Below, in pieces: positions 36,701 to 44,903 of a stretch of 64,000 nucleotides of DNA. Position 1 is the stretch's first letter. Every line of letters starts with the position of its first letter. The stretch spans positions 7,564 through 71,563 of IMG/VR virus record IMGVR_UViG_2643221492_000001. One strand, given 5' to 3'. The translations under genes and the position numbers were made by a program. Below the pieces are notes generated by a model, which worked only from the letters and a program-made list of their open reading frames with translations, had not been told where the DNA came from and ran no database searches. Source of the stretch: a virus.

Positions 36701-39700
36701 TCGGAAAGATTCTCTTCCTCGACCAATGAGTCGCTGACCTTCCGGCCGTAGCTCTGCTCCTGGAACTCACGATTTGCCAAGCTGTCCCGAGACACGCGGC
36801 GCAAAGCAGCCATCAGGCCCGCATGCAGGTCTGGGTGAGCCTCTTTGAGCGAATGCGTGAATTCGTGCCCGAAGGTCGAAACTGGGTCGACATCGCCACG
36901 AGCGTGGATGTAGACGGTCTTCGGGTCGCCAGGAACATAAGCGCCACCGGCAGGAGCGTTCGGATCGTCAGACTGGAAGTAGACCGTCTCGACGCCGAAA
37001 TACTGCTTCATCGCAGCGGCGAGCTGTCCTCTACTAGACTTCGGTTCGACCTCAACATGGCGTACCCGCACATCGGTGCCGGCATCCTTGCTGAGAGCTG
37101 CGGCGAGCCTGGAGACTCTCGACGCATCTGCCGAAGCAGCTTGACCATTGGAAGCCGCCGACGTGCTCTCTCGCGAAGAGCGGCGCGATAGCGCATCCAT
37201 CTCTTCGCCCATGCGCGAAGACCGGCGAGCAATCGGATCGGCGGAAGCATTCGGCGATTCTATGCCCGCTCCGTCCTGACTCACCCATTCGGGCAGCAAG
37301 CCGGTCTTCTGGTCTGCAAAGACAGTGTTGACGCCGCTGGCGGTCCGGTTGCTGTCACCGTGCGGCCCGTAGTTAACCCAGGAATTTTGGCCCCGGGTCT
37401 CGGAGGTCATGGCCCTTCGCGCCAGCGGCGAGTACATGGCCGAATGCAAGCGCCATGCGTTCTCCTCGCCATCAGCACGGAAGCCGACAGCCTCTTTGAC
37501 GTGCCCGAAGTAGTCGTGAACGATGCGGAAGACATCGTTCGCCACCATGTCAACGCCGTCGAGCGTCTCGCCAACCTTGCGGAGTAGCGGATTCGAGCTG
37601 GCGTCGAAGCTGCTGGAGCCGAATCCATCGGTCGTGGGGAACACCCAGAGGTGGTTGTTCTCCTGCACGTCGATGATCGCCAGGCGAGGCGACGCAGCAT
37701 ATGGGTCGCCGCCCTTCTCAAAGTCGATGAACTCGACTTTCAACTCCGGGTGATACTTCTTGATCGCCGCCCACTGCGCGAGAGTCTCCTCGATCATCTT
37801 GTCGTAGGCGGCCTTGACCTCTGGGTCAGAGGGGTCGTGAGCCATCTCGGCGTAGGCGTCAGCGATACGCCGCGCTCGCCCCTCGTCAACGCGAGCAAAC
37901 GTGGTCGGCGGCTTGTAGTCGATACCCGCGTCGCGAGCGTAAGCCTCGGCGACAGCACGGGCTTTCTCCGTGGGGCGGACTTCAACCGCTCCCCTGCCGG
38001 GAACCTCTATGGTTGCCGGGAGGCCTGCAAGTCTTCCGCGTACTTCTCCAGCGCTGCGATGTTCCGCCCCTGGTTGAACCGCCACCGACCGAGCGCTTCT
38101 TCGTGCTGCTCCGTCGTCTCGAAGTCCTCGCGCTTGGGAGCTGTTCTCTTCAGTTGCTCGGCCCTCTCGCGGGCCTGCGCTGCTGTGATCGCTTCCATTT
38201 ACGCCTGCCCTTCCTGGGGACTGTTCCCGTCCATCACGCTCGTCGCGAAGCCGCCCGGAATCAACTGGCTCTCCAGCCGGTCGGGAATCTTGCCGGTCTT
38301 GATGGCCTCTTCCATCTGCTCGATCCACAGATTGCGCGGCATCGCCTCGGGCGGGATCGACGCGCTCTTGCCGAACTTCAGCCGGAACTCGCGCATCAGC
38401 TCGGTCGCCCGGCTTGGCTTCAATGACACTCCTTGCGTACTCATAGGCTTTCGGCGCACGCCGCTCCAGTTCTGCTCTATTGGTGAAGTATGCGCGAACG
38501 ATCTGCGCATGAATCTCCGACTGCACGAGTGCAGCCGGGAGTGGCTTTCCAGAATCGGTTGCATCGAATGCAGCTTCAAGTGGGTACGCAAAAAGCGTCG
38601 CCAGCGAAGAGCCGTCTTGAGCGCCATAGAGGTCGAAGACCTCCTGAGCCACCGCGCCTTTAGCTTCAATACTACCATCGGTAGTAATAGCGAGCCGCGA
38701 ATCGCTCGCAGAGCGCATTGCGTTGCCGTCGAAGTCGCCGTTATGCGCCAACTCGTGGATGAGTTGCCCGCGGAATTCCTGCTGCTCTGCCAGGTTCGCA
38801 TTCAAGCCGGGGACCGTCGAGTCCACGTCGGTCTGCTTGAATGAGACGCCGCGCACAGTCTTGCCACGGAGGTTCTTCTTGAAGAAATTGGCAAGTCCCC
38901 CGGGGAACTTCGGCGTGTTGACAAAGAAGCCTTGCACCGAGTTCACCCAAGCGCGGGGCACGCCAAGCGCAAGAATGTCCCGCAGAGCCGCCGAGACAGC
39001 CTGAGACTGCTCATTCGACAGGGCGCCGAACATCGTGCCTGTCGGGTCGCCCATGAAGTCTGGTTCACCGAACTGATGCTCGTGATCGAACGTCGGATCG
39101 AGATCGACGCGGGCCTCGGGATCGATGTTCTCGGCCGGCCGACCAAATGCGGGCTGCGACTGCACGCCACGGCGCGCATCGCTTCGACGCAACGCCTCGA
39201 CTGCGGCTTCGCGATTACCCTCACGGGCGGCACGAGTTGCTGCAAAGAATTCGTCTCGGGTCATGTGCCCGGCCTTGACCGCATCGCGGCCCGCCTCCGT
39301 CACATGGGACACAAAGTCTTCATCAGCCGCCGTGGTTGACTCCTGCCGCGTTGACGTGATCTGACCTTGCTCGCCAGCGATCTGTCGCAGCGCCTCGATC
39401 ATCGCATCAGCGTCCTTGCCGCGCAGCACCGCTACTGCGCGACGAGGCTCGGCTGCGATGGCCGCGCGTGCCATACCGATGTCGTCGCCAGCAATGGGGG
39501 CCTTTGCCAAGAGCGACTCTGCGGTCTTGGCTGCCATGCGGTTCAGCTCCCCGCTGATGCGGGCTTTGTCGGCTGCTCTCCCAACCAGTCGCGTTGCCCC
39601 CAAACGGTCGCTTGCCGCGCCGGCTTGGCGCATTGCCTTGGGGCTCAGAAGACGCGGCGCGACCGCGAGCGGCCCATCGGCCAACGCGGCACGCAGCAAA

Positions 39701-42219
39701 GCTGATTGCGTCGCGTCTTCCGGCGTGGCCGAAACAACGGAACGTGGTTCGCCAGCCGCGCCTGGCTTTACGACCAGCTTTTCGTCGGGATTGGCGTAGA
39801 AGAAGTAGCTGATCGAGCCATCGGCCTCGACCCTGGTCACAACGCCCAGTTCGGATGTGGGCGACAGGGCGCGAGCAGCAGCCATAGAGGTCTGCTCGAT
39901 CTCGACCTTGCGCCTGGCGCGCTTCGTATTGGCTCTCTCCGCAAGCTCGCGCATGCGATCTTCGAAGCCCAACTCCCGCTGGCGCTGGGCATCGATCCAC
40001 TCAGCGCGCCTGGCTTCGTCGCCCTTCTTTGGGAACAGCTTGGATGCCTCGGATTCCAGGCGCTCCGTCGCGATCTGGTCGCTGCTGCGAGTCTCACCCT
40101 GCACTCGCGCCTGACCCTCAGCGTCCACGGAGATCGGCGTCGGAGTCGCTCGCCGTGTCTGGTCGAAGCCCAACTCACCCGGAGCGCGAGCAGAAGGAGA
40201 GGTGATCTCGGCACGGCCGCTCTTGCGCGGCAAGTCGCCCAGCGTGGCATCGCGTTCCTGCGGACGAGCGGACTGTTCGTCGGTTACTGCGTTGCCGCGG
40301 CCGTCAACCGAGATCGGCGTCTGCTGCCCACGCGGTGCTGAAGGTTCGAAGCCGAGCTTGCCCAGCTCGTCGCGAACGATGTCTGCACGGCCGACTGCCT
40401 TGGCAGCAGGCTCGAAACTCGTATCGCGCACCTGGGTATCGCCATCGGTGCGAGCTGCCCCCTCGCTGTCGACAATGATCGGGGTCGGCGTTGAGCGTGG
40501 CGTAGGCTCGTATCCCAGAGCCTTCAGTTCGTCCCGCACCGTCTGGCGGACCTCACTCGTGTCGGCTCGGCCGGACACTCGCGCCGCCGCCTCGAACGGA
40601 GGCTCCACGCCATCCATGCGTGCGTTTCCGCGGCTGTCCACACGAACAACAGGAGCTGGCAGGGCGAGCGGCGCAGAGCCCGGCGCCTCTGCATCCACGA
40701 CCGTGCCCGCGTCGATAGCAGCTCCAGGCTTGCCATGCCTCGTGATCGCCCCCCTCACCCCACCCATGCCGGCGCCACCAGCGGCGCCCAATGCGAATTC
40801 TCCGAACGATCCATCCCCGAGATCGCGGGTATCGCCAGTCGAATCATTCACGCCCTTGCGCTGCGCGACCCCCTCCCCCACCTCCTGGATGCCCTCTTCG
40901 GCAGCTCCAAGCACCGCGCCGATCACGGCTCGCGCAACGCTGCCCTTCGCTGCGCTTTCGAGTGCATGGCCGCCTGCCTTGCCGAGCAGTGCGCCAGTCA
41001 GCGCGCCGCCCGCAGCGGATACCGGTGCCACGTACTTTGCAACGCGATCCTCCGTCTCCTTCGCAAGGGCGGCACGCGCGTCCGCAGGCGCCTCGCCTTT
41101 GGCAATACGTTCGCGAAAGACCGGCGAGATGGCCGCGAGCTGCTCGTCCGTCTTGCTGCCGAACCAGTCGCGCACCTCACTGACGGCTGAGCCCACCCCT
41201 TGCGAGGCGCCGACGAGGGTGCCGGTTGCAATCTGCGCCGGAATGGACTGCCCGCGTGTGCTTACCGCGATGCCGACCTGCGGCAGAACTTGGCCCGAGA
41301 TGTTGGCAGCCTGCAGGCCGAAGCCTGCTGCAGTTGGAGACTTGCCCAGGGTCAAGCCAGACGCATCACCCTCGCGCACTGCCTGAATGATGTTGCCCTC
41401 GGGCGTGGTGTTCTCCATCGCCGTCTTCGCCGCCTGGCTCCGGGTGCCGAGGATCGCCTCGCCCTTCTTCGTGAGCCATCCGCCGACCGGATTGGCGACG
41501 GCGGCAAGCACCTTGCCAGGTACACCAGTGCCGTGCTTCACGTAGGCCAGTCCAGGGTCTTCCTTCCAGGCCTTGTCAATCTCCTCCTGTCCGATGTCCC
41601 CGGCCTTGCCGATCCCGGTCAGGGCATCGCCCGCTGACTTGACGACGCTCCCCCCGAATTGCTTCAGGTAGTCCATCGCCCCGACACTCTCTTCAGGCGC
41701 ATCGAGGAAGGCGTCGGCAGACGGCGCATCCACGACGGGCGATTCATCAGGGATGTCGAGAAACGCATCAGCGCTCATCCCGCGCTTAGCGGCAGTTCGA
41801 CTAACCTTGCCGCGAGAACTGCCTGGCTCTGCGATTTCGGAGTGAATCTTCGAAGCGTAGGACGCCGTTTCCGGGTTGTTCCAAGAATCTCGGTTCCACC
41901 CGTTGTTGTAGGCGCGCGCCGCATCGTCCGGGTTCTGGAACTTCGCGAGGTTCTCCTTCATAGCCTCGCGATGGATGTACAGCGCATCAGCTTCGTTGAA
42001 TGGATCGAGCTTGCGGCCGGCGCGCTCTGACAGCGTGCGCAACGTCTTCGGCATGACCTGAGCGAGCCCCATGGCGCCCGCCCTGGAGACGGCAGCCGGG
42101 TCGTTGTTCGATTCCACCCTGATCTGGGCTGCCGACCAACCCTTGGGAAGTCCAAGAAGCCTGTCCGTTTCGGCGAGGTAGGTGTCTCGGTCGAAGTCGA
42201 GGAAGTCGTCTGCGTTCAT
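33706..42219 (-). CDS. 2837-aa polyvalent internal virion/ejection protein: N-terminal lytic transglycosylase, three zincin-like motifs, LPD38-like C-terminus
   Basis: RVESNN..SRAGAMGLAQVMP..AYNNG (SLT); HELAH, HDYFGH..GEENAW, HEFTH; C-terminal DVRRWLPAGD region; last of three ejection-type genes. Confidence 0.85.
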   Translation of the reverse strand: MNADDFLDFDRDTYLAETDRLLGLPKGWSAAQIRVESNNDPAAVSRAGAMGLAQVMPKTLRTLSERAGRKLDPFNEADALYIHREAMKENLAKFQNPDDAARAYNNGWNRDSWNNPETASYASKIHSEIAEPGSSRGKVSRTAAKRGMSADAFLDIPDESPVVDAPSADAFLDAPEESVGAMDYLKQFGGSVVKSAGDALTGIGKAGDIGQEEIDKAWKEDPGLAYVKHGTGVPGKVLAAVANPVGGWLTKKGEAILGTRSQAAKTAMENTTPEGNIIQAVREGDASGLTLGKSPTAAGFGLQAANISGQVLPQVGIAVSTRGQSIPAQIATGTLVGASQGVGSAVSEVRDWFGSKTDEQLAAISPVFRERIAKGEAPADARAALAKETEDRVAKYVAPVSAAGGALTGALLGKAGGHALESAAKGSVARAVIGAVLGAAEEGIQEVGEGVAQRKGVNDSTGDTRDLGDGSFGEFALGAAGGAGMGGVRGAITRHGKPGAAIDAGTVVDAEAPGSAPLALPAPVVRVDSRGNARMDGVEPPFEAAARVSGRADTSEVRQTVRDELKALGYEPTPRSTPTPIIVDSEGAARTDGDTQVRDTSFEPAAKAVGRADIVRDELGKLGFEPSAPRGQQTPISVDGRGNAVTDEQSARPQERDATLGDLPRKSGRAEITSPSARAPGELGFDQTRRATPTPISVDAEGQARVQGETRSSDQIATERLESEASKLFPKKGDEARRAEWIDAQRQRELGFEDRMRELAERANTKRARRKVEIEQTSMAAARALSPTSELGVVTRVEADGSISYFFYANPDEKLVVKPGAAGEPRSVVSATPEDATQSALLRAALADGPLAVAPRLLSPKAMRQAGAASDRLGATRLVGRAADKARISGELNRMAAKTAESLLAKAPIAGDDIGMARAAIAAEPRRAVAVLRGKDADAMIEALRQIAGEQGQITSTRQESTTAADEDFVSHVTEAGRDAVKAGHMTRDEFFAATRAAREGNREAAVEALRRSDARRGVQSQPAFGRPAENIDPEARVDLDPTFDHEHQFGEPDFMGDPTGTMFGALSNEQSQAVSAALRDILALGVPRAWVNSVQGFFVNTPKFPGGLANFFKKNLRGKTVRGVSFKQTDVDSTVPGLNANLAEQQEFRGQLIHELAHNGDFDGNAMRSASDSRLAITTDGSIEAKGAVAQEVFDLYGAQDGSSLATLFAYPLEAAFDATDSGKPLPAALVQSEIHAQIVRAYFTNRAELERRAPKAYEYARSVIEAKPGDRADARVPAEVRQERVDPARGDAAQSVDRADGRGHQDRQDSRPAGEPVDSGRLRDERDGREQSPGRAGVNGSDHSSAGPREGRATEENSSQARGLRDDGAARRSARSVAVQPGAEHRSAGEVRGRLAGLPATIEVPGRGAVEVRPTEKARAVAEAYARDAGIDYKPPTTFARVDEGRARRIADAYAEMAHDPSDPEVKAAYDKMIEETLAQWAAIKKYHPELKVEFIDFEKGGDPYAASPRLAIIDVQENNHLWVFPTTDGFGSSSFDASSNPLLRKVGETLDGVDMVANDVFRIVHDYFGHVKEAVGFRADGEENAWRLHSAMYSPLARRAMTSETRGQNSWVNYGPHGDSNRTASGVNTVFADQKTGLLPEWVSQDGAGIESPNASADPIARRSSRMGEEMDALSRRSSRESTSAASNGQAASADASRVSRLAAALSKDAGTDVRVRHVEVEPKSSRGQLAAAMKQYFGVETVYFQSDDPNAPAGGAYVPGDPKTVYIHARGDVDPVSTFGHEFTHSLKEAHPDLHAGLMAALRRVSRDSLANREFQEQSYGRKVSDSLVEEENLSDVAGAAFKQDRFWEEFQAEMDSTGLKRFFRWAARWLNRLVDVGFKVDLSKDSGFGNAAISMRTDLARAYAEAARRSPTVRSVAADAELGLRRSSRASEHAQEDQGRTAGAAAAAVGALGIKATAPVMAGLQVTNKVVDSIGEQLARVSGVKALGAKAVSLAERALDAKSSWSWLEKAKQGLISDYGLPAEYLSAKFDKTVRENKLMREAKGTLDRLSSMTPDQLSVAYQWLQEKPDTARERELLERLPAVQQEVMRQMKTDIDNLSKEAVKLGLITPETYERNKMAYVHRSYKKYEAELTGSQAVARQRAQRLKGDQFKGRGMELEASLDRVRGDLPEDLKGLKLEMLEKRDNSGKLIRREYLVQGAKRPVALEGYANAGTWEVRDATKAGNIKVWRDFTLAERQRMGEIEDARYAFARTMVQGVRDVETSRLLQWTAINYGKDSDAGLDVVDISGAHAVLGSQTFTRDQWVKVPETKIKGTQVARYGDLAGKYLPAVMYSDIAGAMELRNGLWDKLLGAWKISKTALSPAVHVNNVMSNFIMADLAEVGVNDLRKALETIVASKAGDARAKALIERYDDSGAEGGSFASNEIRTSVIEPLLQQIAKSDPESVQKASLANVVALAAHGSFREAGIASTKTLPGRALGSTMGAMIKAYQSEDSVFRLAKFLNEIEAGKSDADAGKAARDAFLNYDINAPWVRAARRSVLPFVSFTYRAVPLLAKAVVTKPWKFAKYAALGEALSMLTYMALGAGGDREKEERLLPEDLQGKSLGLPKMVRLPWNNESNDPMWLDVRRWLPAGDITDTSGSKASVPLPSWLSIGGPLSLLIDFYSNTNWRGDKIVKPTDTAGEMVMKVSDTLAKFMLPNLPTPGLGWLMRKMGAPVDSGMLDPYGWTGIEKALDGAKTGLGKETDAGLAVSKALGVKVDSRRLADEAASVGLDAKAREKVIETEARSIGRKMARGEISREEGERRIAREIEKLKELGKKTREKLSPASSD
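38007..38198 (-). CDS. nested 63-aa ORF B in the +1 frame of the giant gene
   Basis: MEAITAAQARERAEQLKRTAPKREDFETTEQHEEALGRW...; ATG directly after the TAA of ORF A; G/C-rich third positions in this frame. Confidence 0.7.
   Translation of the reverse strand: MEAITAAQARERAEQLKRTAPKREDFETTEQHEEALGRWRFNQGRNIAALEKYAEDLQASRQP
38199..38423 (-). CDS. nested 74-aa ORF A in the +1 frame of the giant gene (alternative start ATG 38444)
   Basis: AAGGAG RBS 5 nt before TTG; reads ..ELMREFRLKFGKSASIPPEAMPRNLWIEQMEEAIKTGKIP..; G/C-rich third positions in this frame. Confidence 0.72.
   Translation of the reverse strand: MKPSRATELMREFRLKFGKSASIPPEAMPRNLWIEQMEEAIKTGKIPDRLESQLIPGGFATSVMDGNSPQEGQA
38670..38685 (-). 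promoter_or_regulatory. 16-bp motif copy 2, overlapping a candidate extended -10 promoter (TGG TAGTAT)
   Basis: Perfect TACTACC-N3-GGTAGTA palindrome; AT-rich codons inside a GC-rich gene; about 240 nt upstream of nested ORF A. Confidence 0.6.
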
Positions 42220-43469
42220 TGAAATCCCAGGGCTTGCAGTTCTTGGCGCGCCGCTTCGCGCGACATCTGGCCGCTGCGAACAGCGGCCTTGATCTCCGCG
42301 GCACGACGCGCTTCAGCCGCGTCGAGCTGCGGCATCGCTCCCTTGCTCGGAGCCTTGATGCCCATCCCTGGGCCACTGCCGGTTCGGGCTGCGCTGCCGG
42401 GCGGCGTCATGCCTGCGCCGACCGGAGCGCCTGAGCCCACGCGAGAAGTGCCCGCCATCTGGGCAGCACCATCGACGAGCTGAGCCGCCTGCTTCAGGGC
42501 GTCCTCCGGCTTCAGCGGCGGCGCGCCAAGCTGTTTAGCGTTCGAGTCGACGAGCTTCGTCGCGACATCGGTAATGAGTGCCTCGCGGCTCTTCGCCTTG
42601 TCGCCCTTCCCCATCGCATACGCCAGGGCGGCATCCTCGTCGACGCCGAGGCGCTTCAGGCCATTCACCGTCTGCTCCATAGGCGACTGGCGCTCCGCCG
42701 CAATCTTTGAAGCCGAGGCTGTTGCCTGGGCAGTCTGGGCGTCGATGAGGCCCGCGCGCGCGCCCTGCTCTTCAACCTTGCCAGAACGTAGAGCGTTTTC
42801 GCTGGTAGTGTTGGCTTGGATGAGGCCAGTCTGTGCGTCGGCCTGACGGGTCTGTGCAGCTCGAAGCAGATTGTCGGCGCGGCTCTTTTCCGCTTCACGC
42901 AGAGTGGCTGCCACGCTGCCGTTCTTGGTGAAGGTGTCGACCATGCCGATCATCTCGTCGCGGCTTTTGAAGCTCATCGGCACCGTATTGCCATCGGGGC
43001 CAGTAACCGAACCAGTGATCGCGCCCGACTTGTCGGCGTTCGCCGAGAACTTGTAGCCAGGCGACATCTCCGACATCACGGATGCGATCTGGGTCGGATC
43101 GCCGGTCATGGCCGCCTGATTGAGCTTCGTGTTGAAGTGCAAAGACTTCAATGCGACGCTCTTACTCGCGAGCTGTTCATAGCCTTCCAGGTCTCCGCTC
43201 TGCAGCCGGGCCTGCGAAGCACGGTCAAGAGACTCCCAGATCGGCCGCTTCGTCTCTGGCACCGGCCCCTCGTCGCCCGCACGCGCTGGCTGGTTGTCAG
43301 CCGCCACGGCTATCGAAACATCGGCCTTGCGCGAGTCGCGCAGCGCGCGCTCGCGCTGGCGATCCTCCTCTTGACGGTCGAGCATCTGCTGGCGCCGCGC
43401 GTTCGCGGTCCACTGCTGCCCCATCTCGACACCATCAGCCAAACCACCCCAGAAACCGCCTCCAGACAT
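42216..43469 (-). CDS. internal virion/DNA ejection protein
   Basis: MSGGGFWGGLADG start, A/Q-rich coiled coils; middle of three ejection-type genes. Confidence 0.65.
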   Translation of the reverse strand: MSGGGFWGGLADGVEMGQQWTANARRQQMLDRQEEDRQRERALRDSRKADVSIAVAADNQPARAGDEGPVPETKRPIWESLDRASQARLQSGDLEGYEQLASKSVALKSLHFNTKLNQAAMTGDPTQIASVMSEMSPGYKFSANADKSGAITGSVTGPDGNTVPMSFKSRDEMIGMVDTFTKNGSVAATLREAEKSRADNLLRAAQTRQADAQTGLIQANTTSENALRSGKVEEQGARAGLIDAQTAQATASASKIAAERQSPMEQTVNGLKRLGVDEDAALAYAMGKGDKAKSREALITDVATKLVDSNAKQLGAPPLKPEDALKQAAQLVDGAAQMAGTSRVGSGAPVGAGMTPPGSAARTGSGPGMGIKAPSKGAMPQLDAAEARRAAEIKAAVRSGQMSREAARQELQALGFQ

Positions 43470-43479
43470 TTCGCGCTCC

Positions 43480-44340
43480 TTACGTCGACATCAGGCCGGC
43501 ACCCACAGCCGTGAGCGCAGCGCTACCCGCAGCGCTACCTGCATAGGCGCTGGCAGCGCCGCCAATTAGTTTCCCGATACCAGCGCTCTTTGCGTCACTG
43601 GAGGCCTGCTGCTGCTGCGCCATGCTCTGGAACGTGTTCCCAGCGCCACCGATGGTGCTTGCCGCCTGGCCGAAGCCACCCATAGTCGAATTGAAGCTCT
43701 GGTTGTTTGCGCTGATGAGGCCCGCCATTCCTGCCGCACTCGACTGCCCCGCGCGAAGTGCTGCGTCCGAGGCGGCCGTCGAGTTCGCAGGGAGGTTCCG
43801 GCCGAGTCCAGCCGCATCCATCCGCATCGCAAAGCCCTTCCCCTTCACCGCCTCGGCGGTGCTCGTGGCCGCATTCGCAGCGGTAGCGGCCTGAGACAGC
43901 GAGGAGTTCTCTCGCAAGGCGAGAGCCTTGGCCGAATTGGGGTTGAGGCCAGCTCGCAGCATGTCCCGTTGCGCCCCGGCGTTCGCCTTGTCGTAGGCCT
44001 GGACAACAGCCGCGTCCGCCTTGCCAGCCTCTGCGGCGATGCGCTCCGTCGAGTCGTAGTTCCTCGCCTCGTCGATGATCTGGTTTTCGAGCGGAACCTG
44101 AACGTCGCGGTATCGATTCAACGCGAGTTCGGCGGCATCAGCTTGGGCGCTCTGCAAGCGCTGCTCAGTCGGCTGATTTGCCTTGATGATGTCCATGTAT
44201 TCGCGCTGCAGCACCGTGTCGCTGTCGAGCTTCTGCTGAGCGAGCGCGTTTTGCTGCAGCCCTAGCACCGCCTGAGTCTGTGCTTGATAGAGCGCAGCAA
44301 CGCCCAGGTTCTTATCCGATCCGCCGCCACCCATACACAT
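43480..44340 (-). CDS. internal virion/pilot protein
   Basis: MCMGGGG start, A/G-rich C-terminus typical of podovirus ejection proteins. Confidence 0.7.
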   Translation of the reverse strand: MCMGGGGSDKNLGVAALYQAQTQAVLGLQQNALAQQKLDSDTVLQREYMDIIKANQPTEQRLQSAQADAAELALNRYRDVQVPLENQIIDEARNYDSTERIAAEAGKADAAVVQAYDKANAGAQRDMLRAGLNPNSAKALALRENSSLSQAATAANAATSTAEAVKGKGFAMRMDAAGLGRNLPANSTAASDAALRAGQSSAAGMAGLISANNQSFNSTMGGFGQAASTIGGAGNTFQSMAQQQQASSDAKSAGIGKLIGGAASAYAGSAAGSAALTAVGAGLMST

Positions 44341-44343
44341 GGC

Positions 44344-44838
44344 TTACTCCTTCGACGTAGAAGACGCCGCAAACTGGGCGCGCAGGTTTTCGATATAGGC
44401 CTCGTATCCCTCGATGTGGAATTGGCGTCGCGCCGTTGCCGCGACTTCACGCGCCCAATCCCATCCGCCGACGATCCGCGCGGACATGAGCGCGACATTC
44501 AGATAGTCAGAGCGGGTGATGAAGGCGATACGCTTGTCGGCGGCACTGTTGGTCCGCTCCAGCTCGTTTGCCGTGAGCCAGTTGAGCATTGCCATTTCCA
44601 TGAGCGGACTCAGCATCGCGAAGTGACGCTGATAGAACGGATCGCGCGGCAATGCGATCAACGCCCCAAACATCATCAGGCTTGTGTCGGCCTGCTTGTC
44701 GCCATCAACGAGGTCATCCCAGAGATGTACGACCGCAAAGAGCATCTCAAGGAAAGCCGCCGCTTCGCGGTCCCCCTTTACGAGATAGTCGATCAGGGCA
44801 CGAACAGGTTTGCCAGAGAAGTCGGGAGTAGTGTTCAT
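44344..44838 (-). CDS. alpha-helical protein with a DDxxD motif (isoprenoid-synthase-like)
   Basis: HLWDDLVDGD, LPRDPFY, NWLTANELE. Confidence 0.6.
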   Translation of the reverse strand: MNTTPDFSGKPVRALIDYLVKGDREAAAFLEMLFAVVHLWDDLVDGDKQADTSLMMFGALIALPRDPFYQRHFAMLSPLMEMAMLNWLTANELERTNSAADKRIAFITRSDYLNVALMSARIVGGWDWAREVAATARRQFHIEGYEAYIENLRAQFAASSTSKE

Positions 44839-44853
44839 GCTCGCATCAGTAGG
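44838..44853 (-). repeat. 16-bp motif copy (CCTACTGATGCGAGCA)
   Basis: Overlaps the first base of the ATG at 44838. Confidence 0.7.
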
Positions 44854-44903
44854 ATTGCCGAGCATCCTAGGCCTCTAGCCGCGAGCAGCGGACGGTTTTC
44901 TCG

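Noticed and set aside
38445-38801. Upstream extension of nested ORF A shown in the track (200 aa)
   Set aside because: The S/R-rich extension looks like a shadow frame; coding-like codon use and the RBS begin only at 38444/38423
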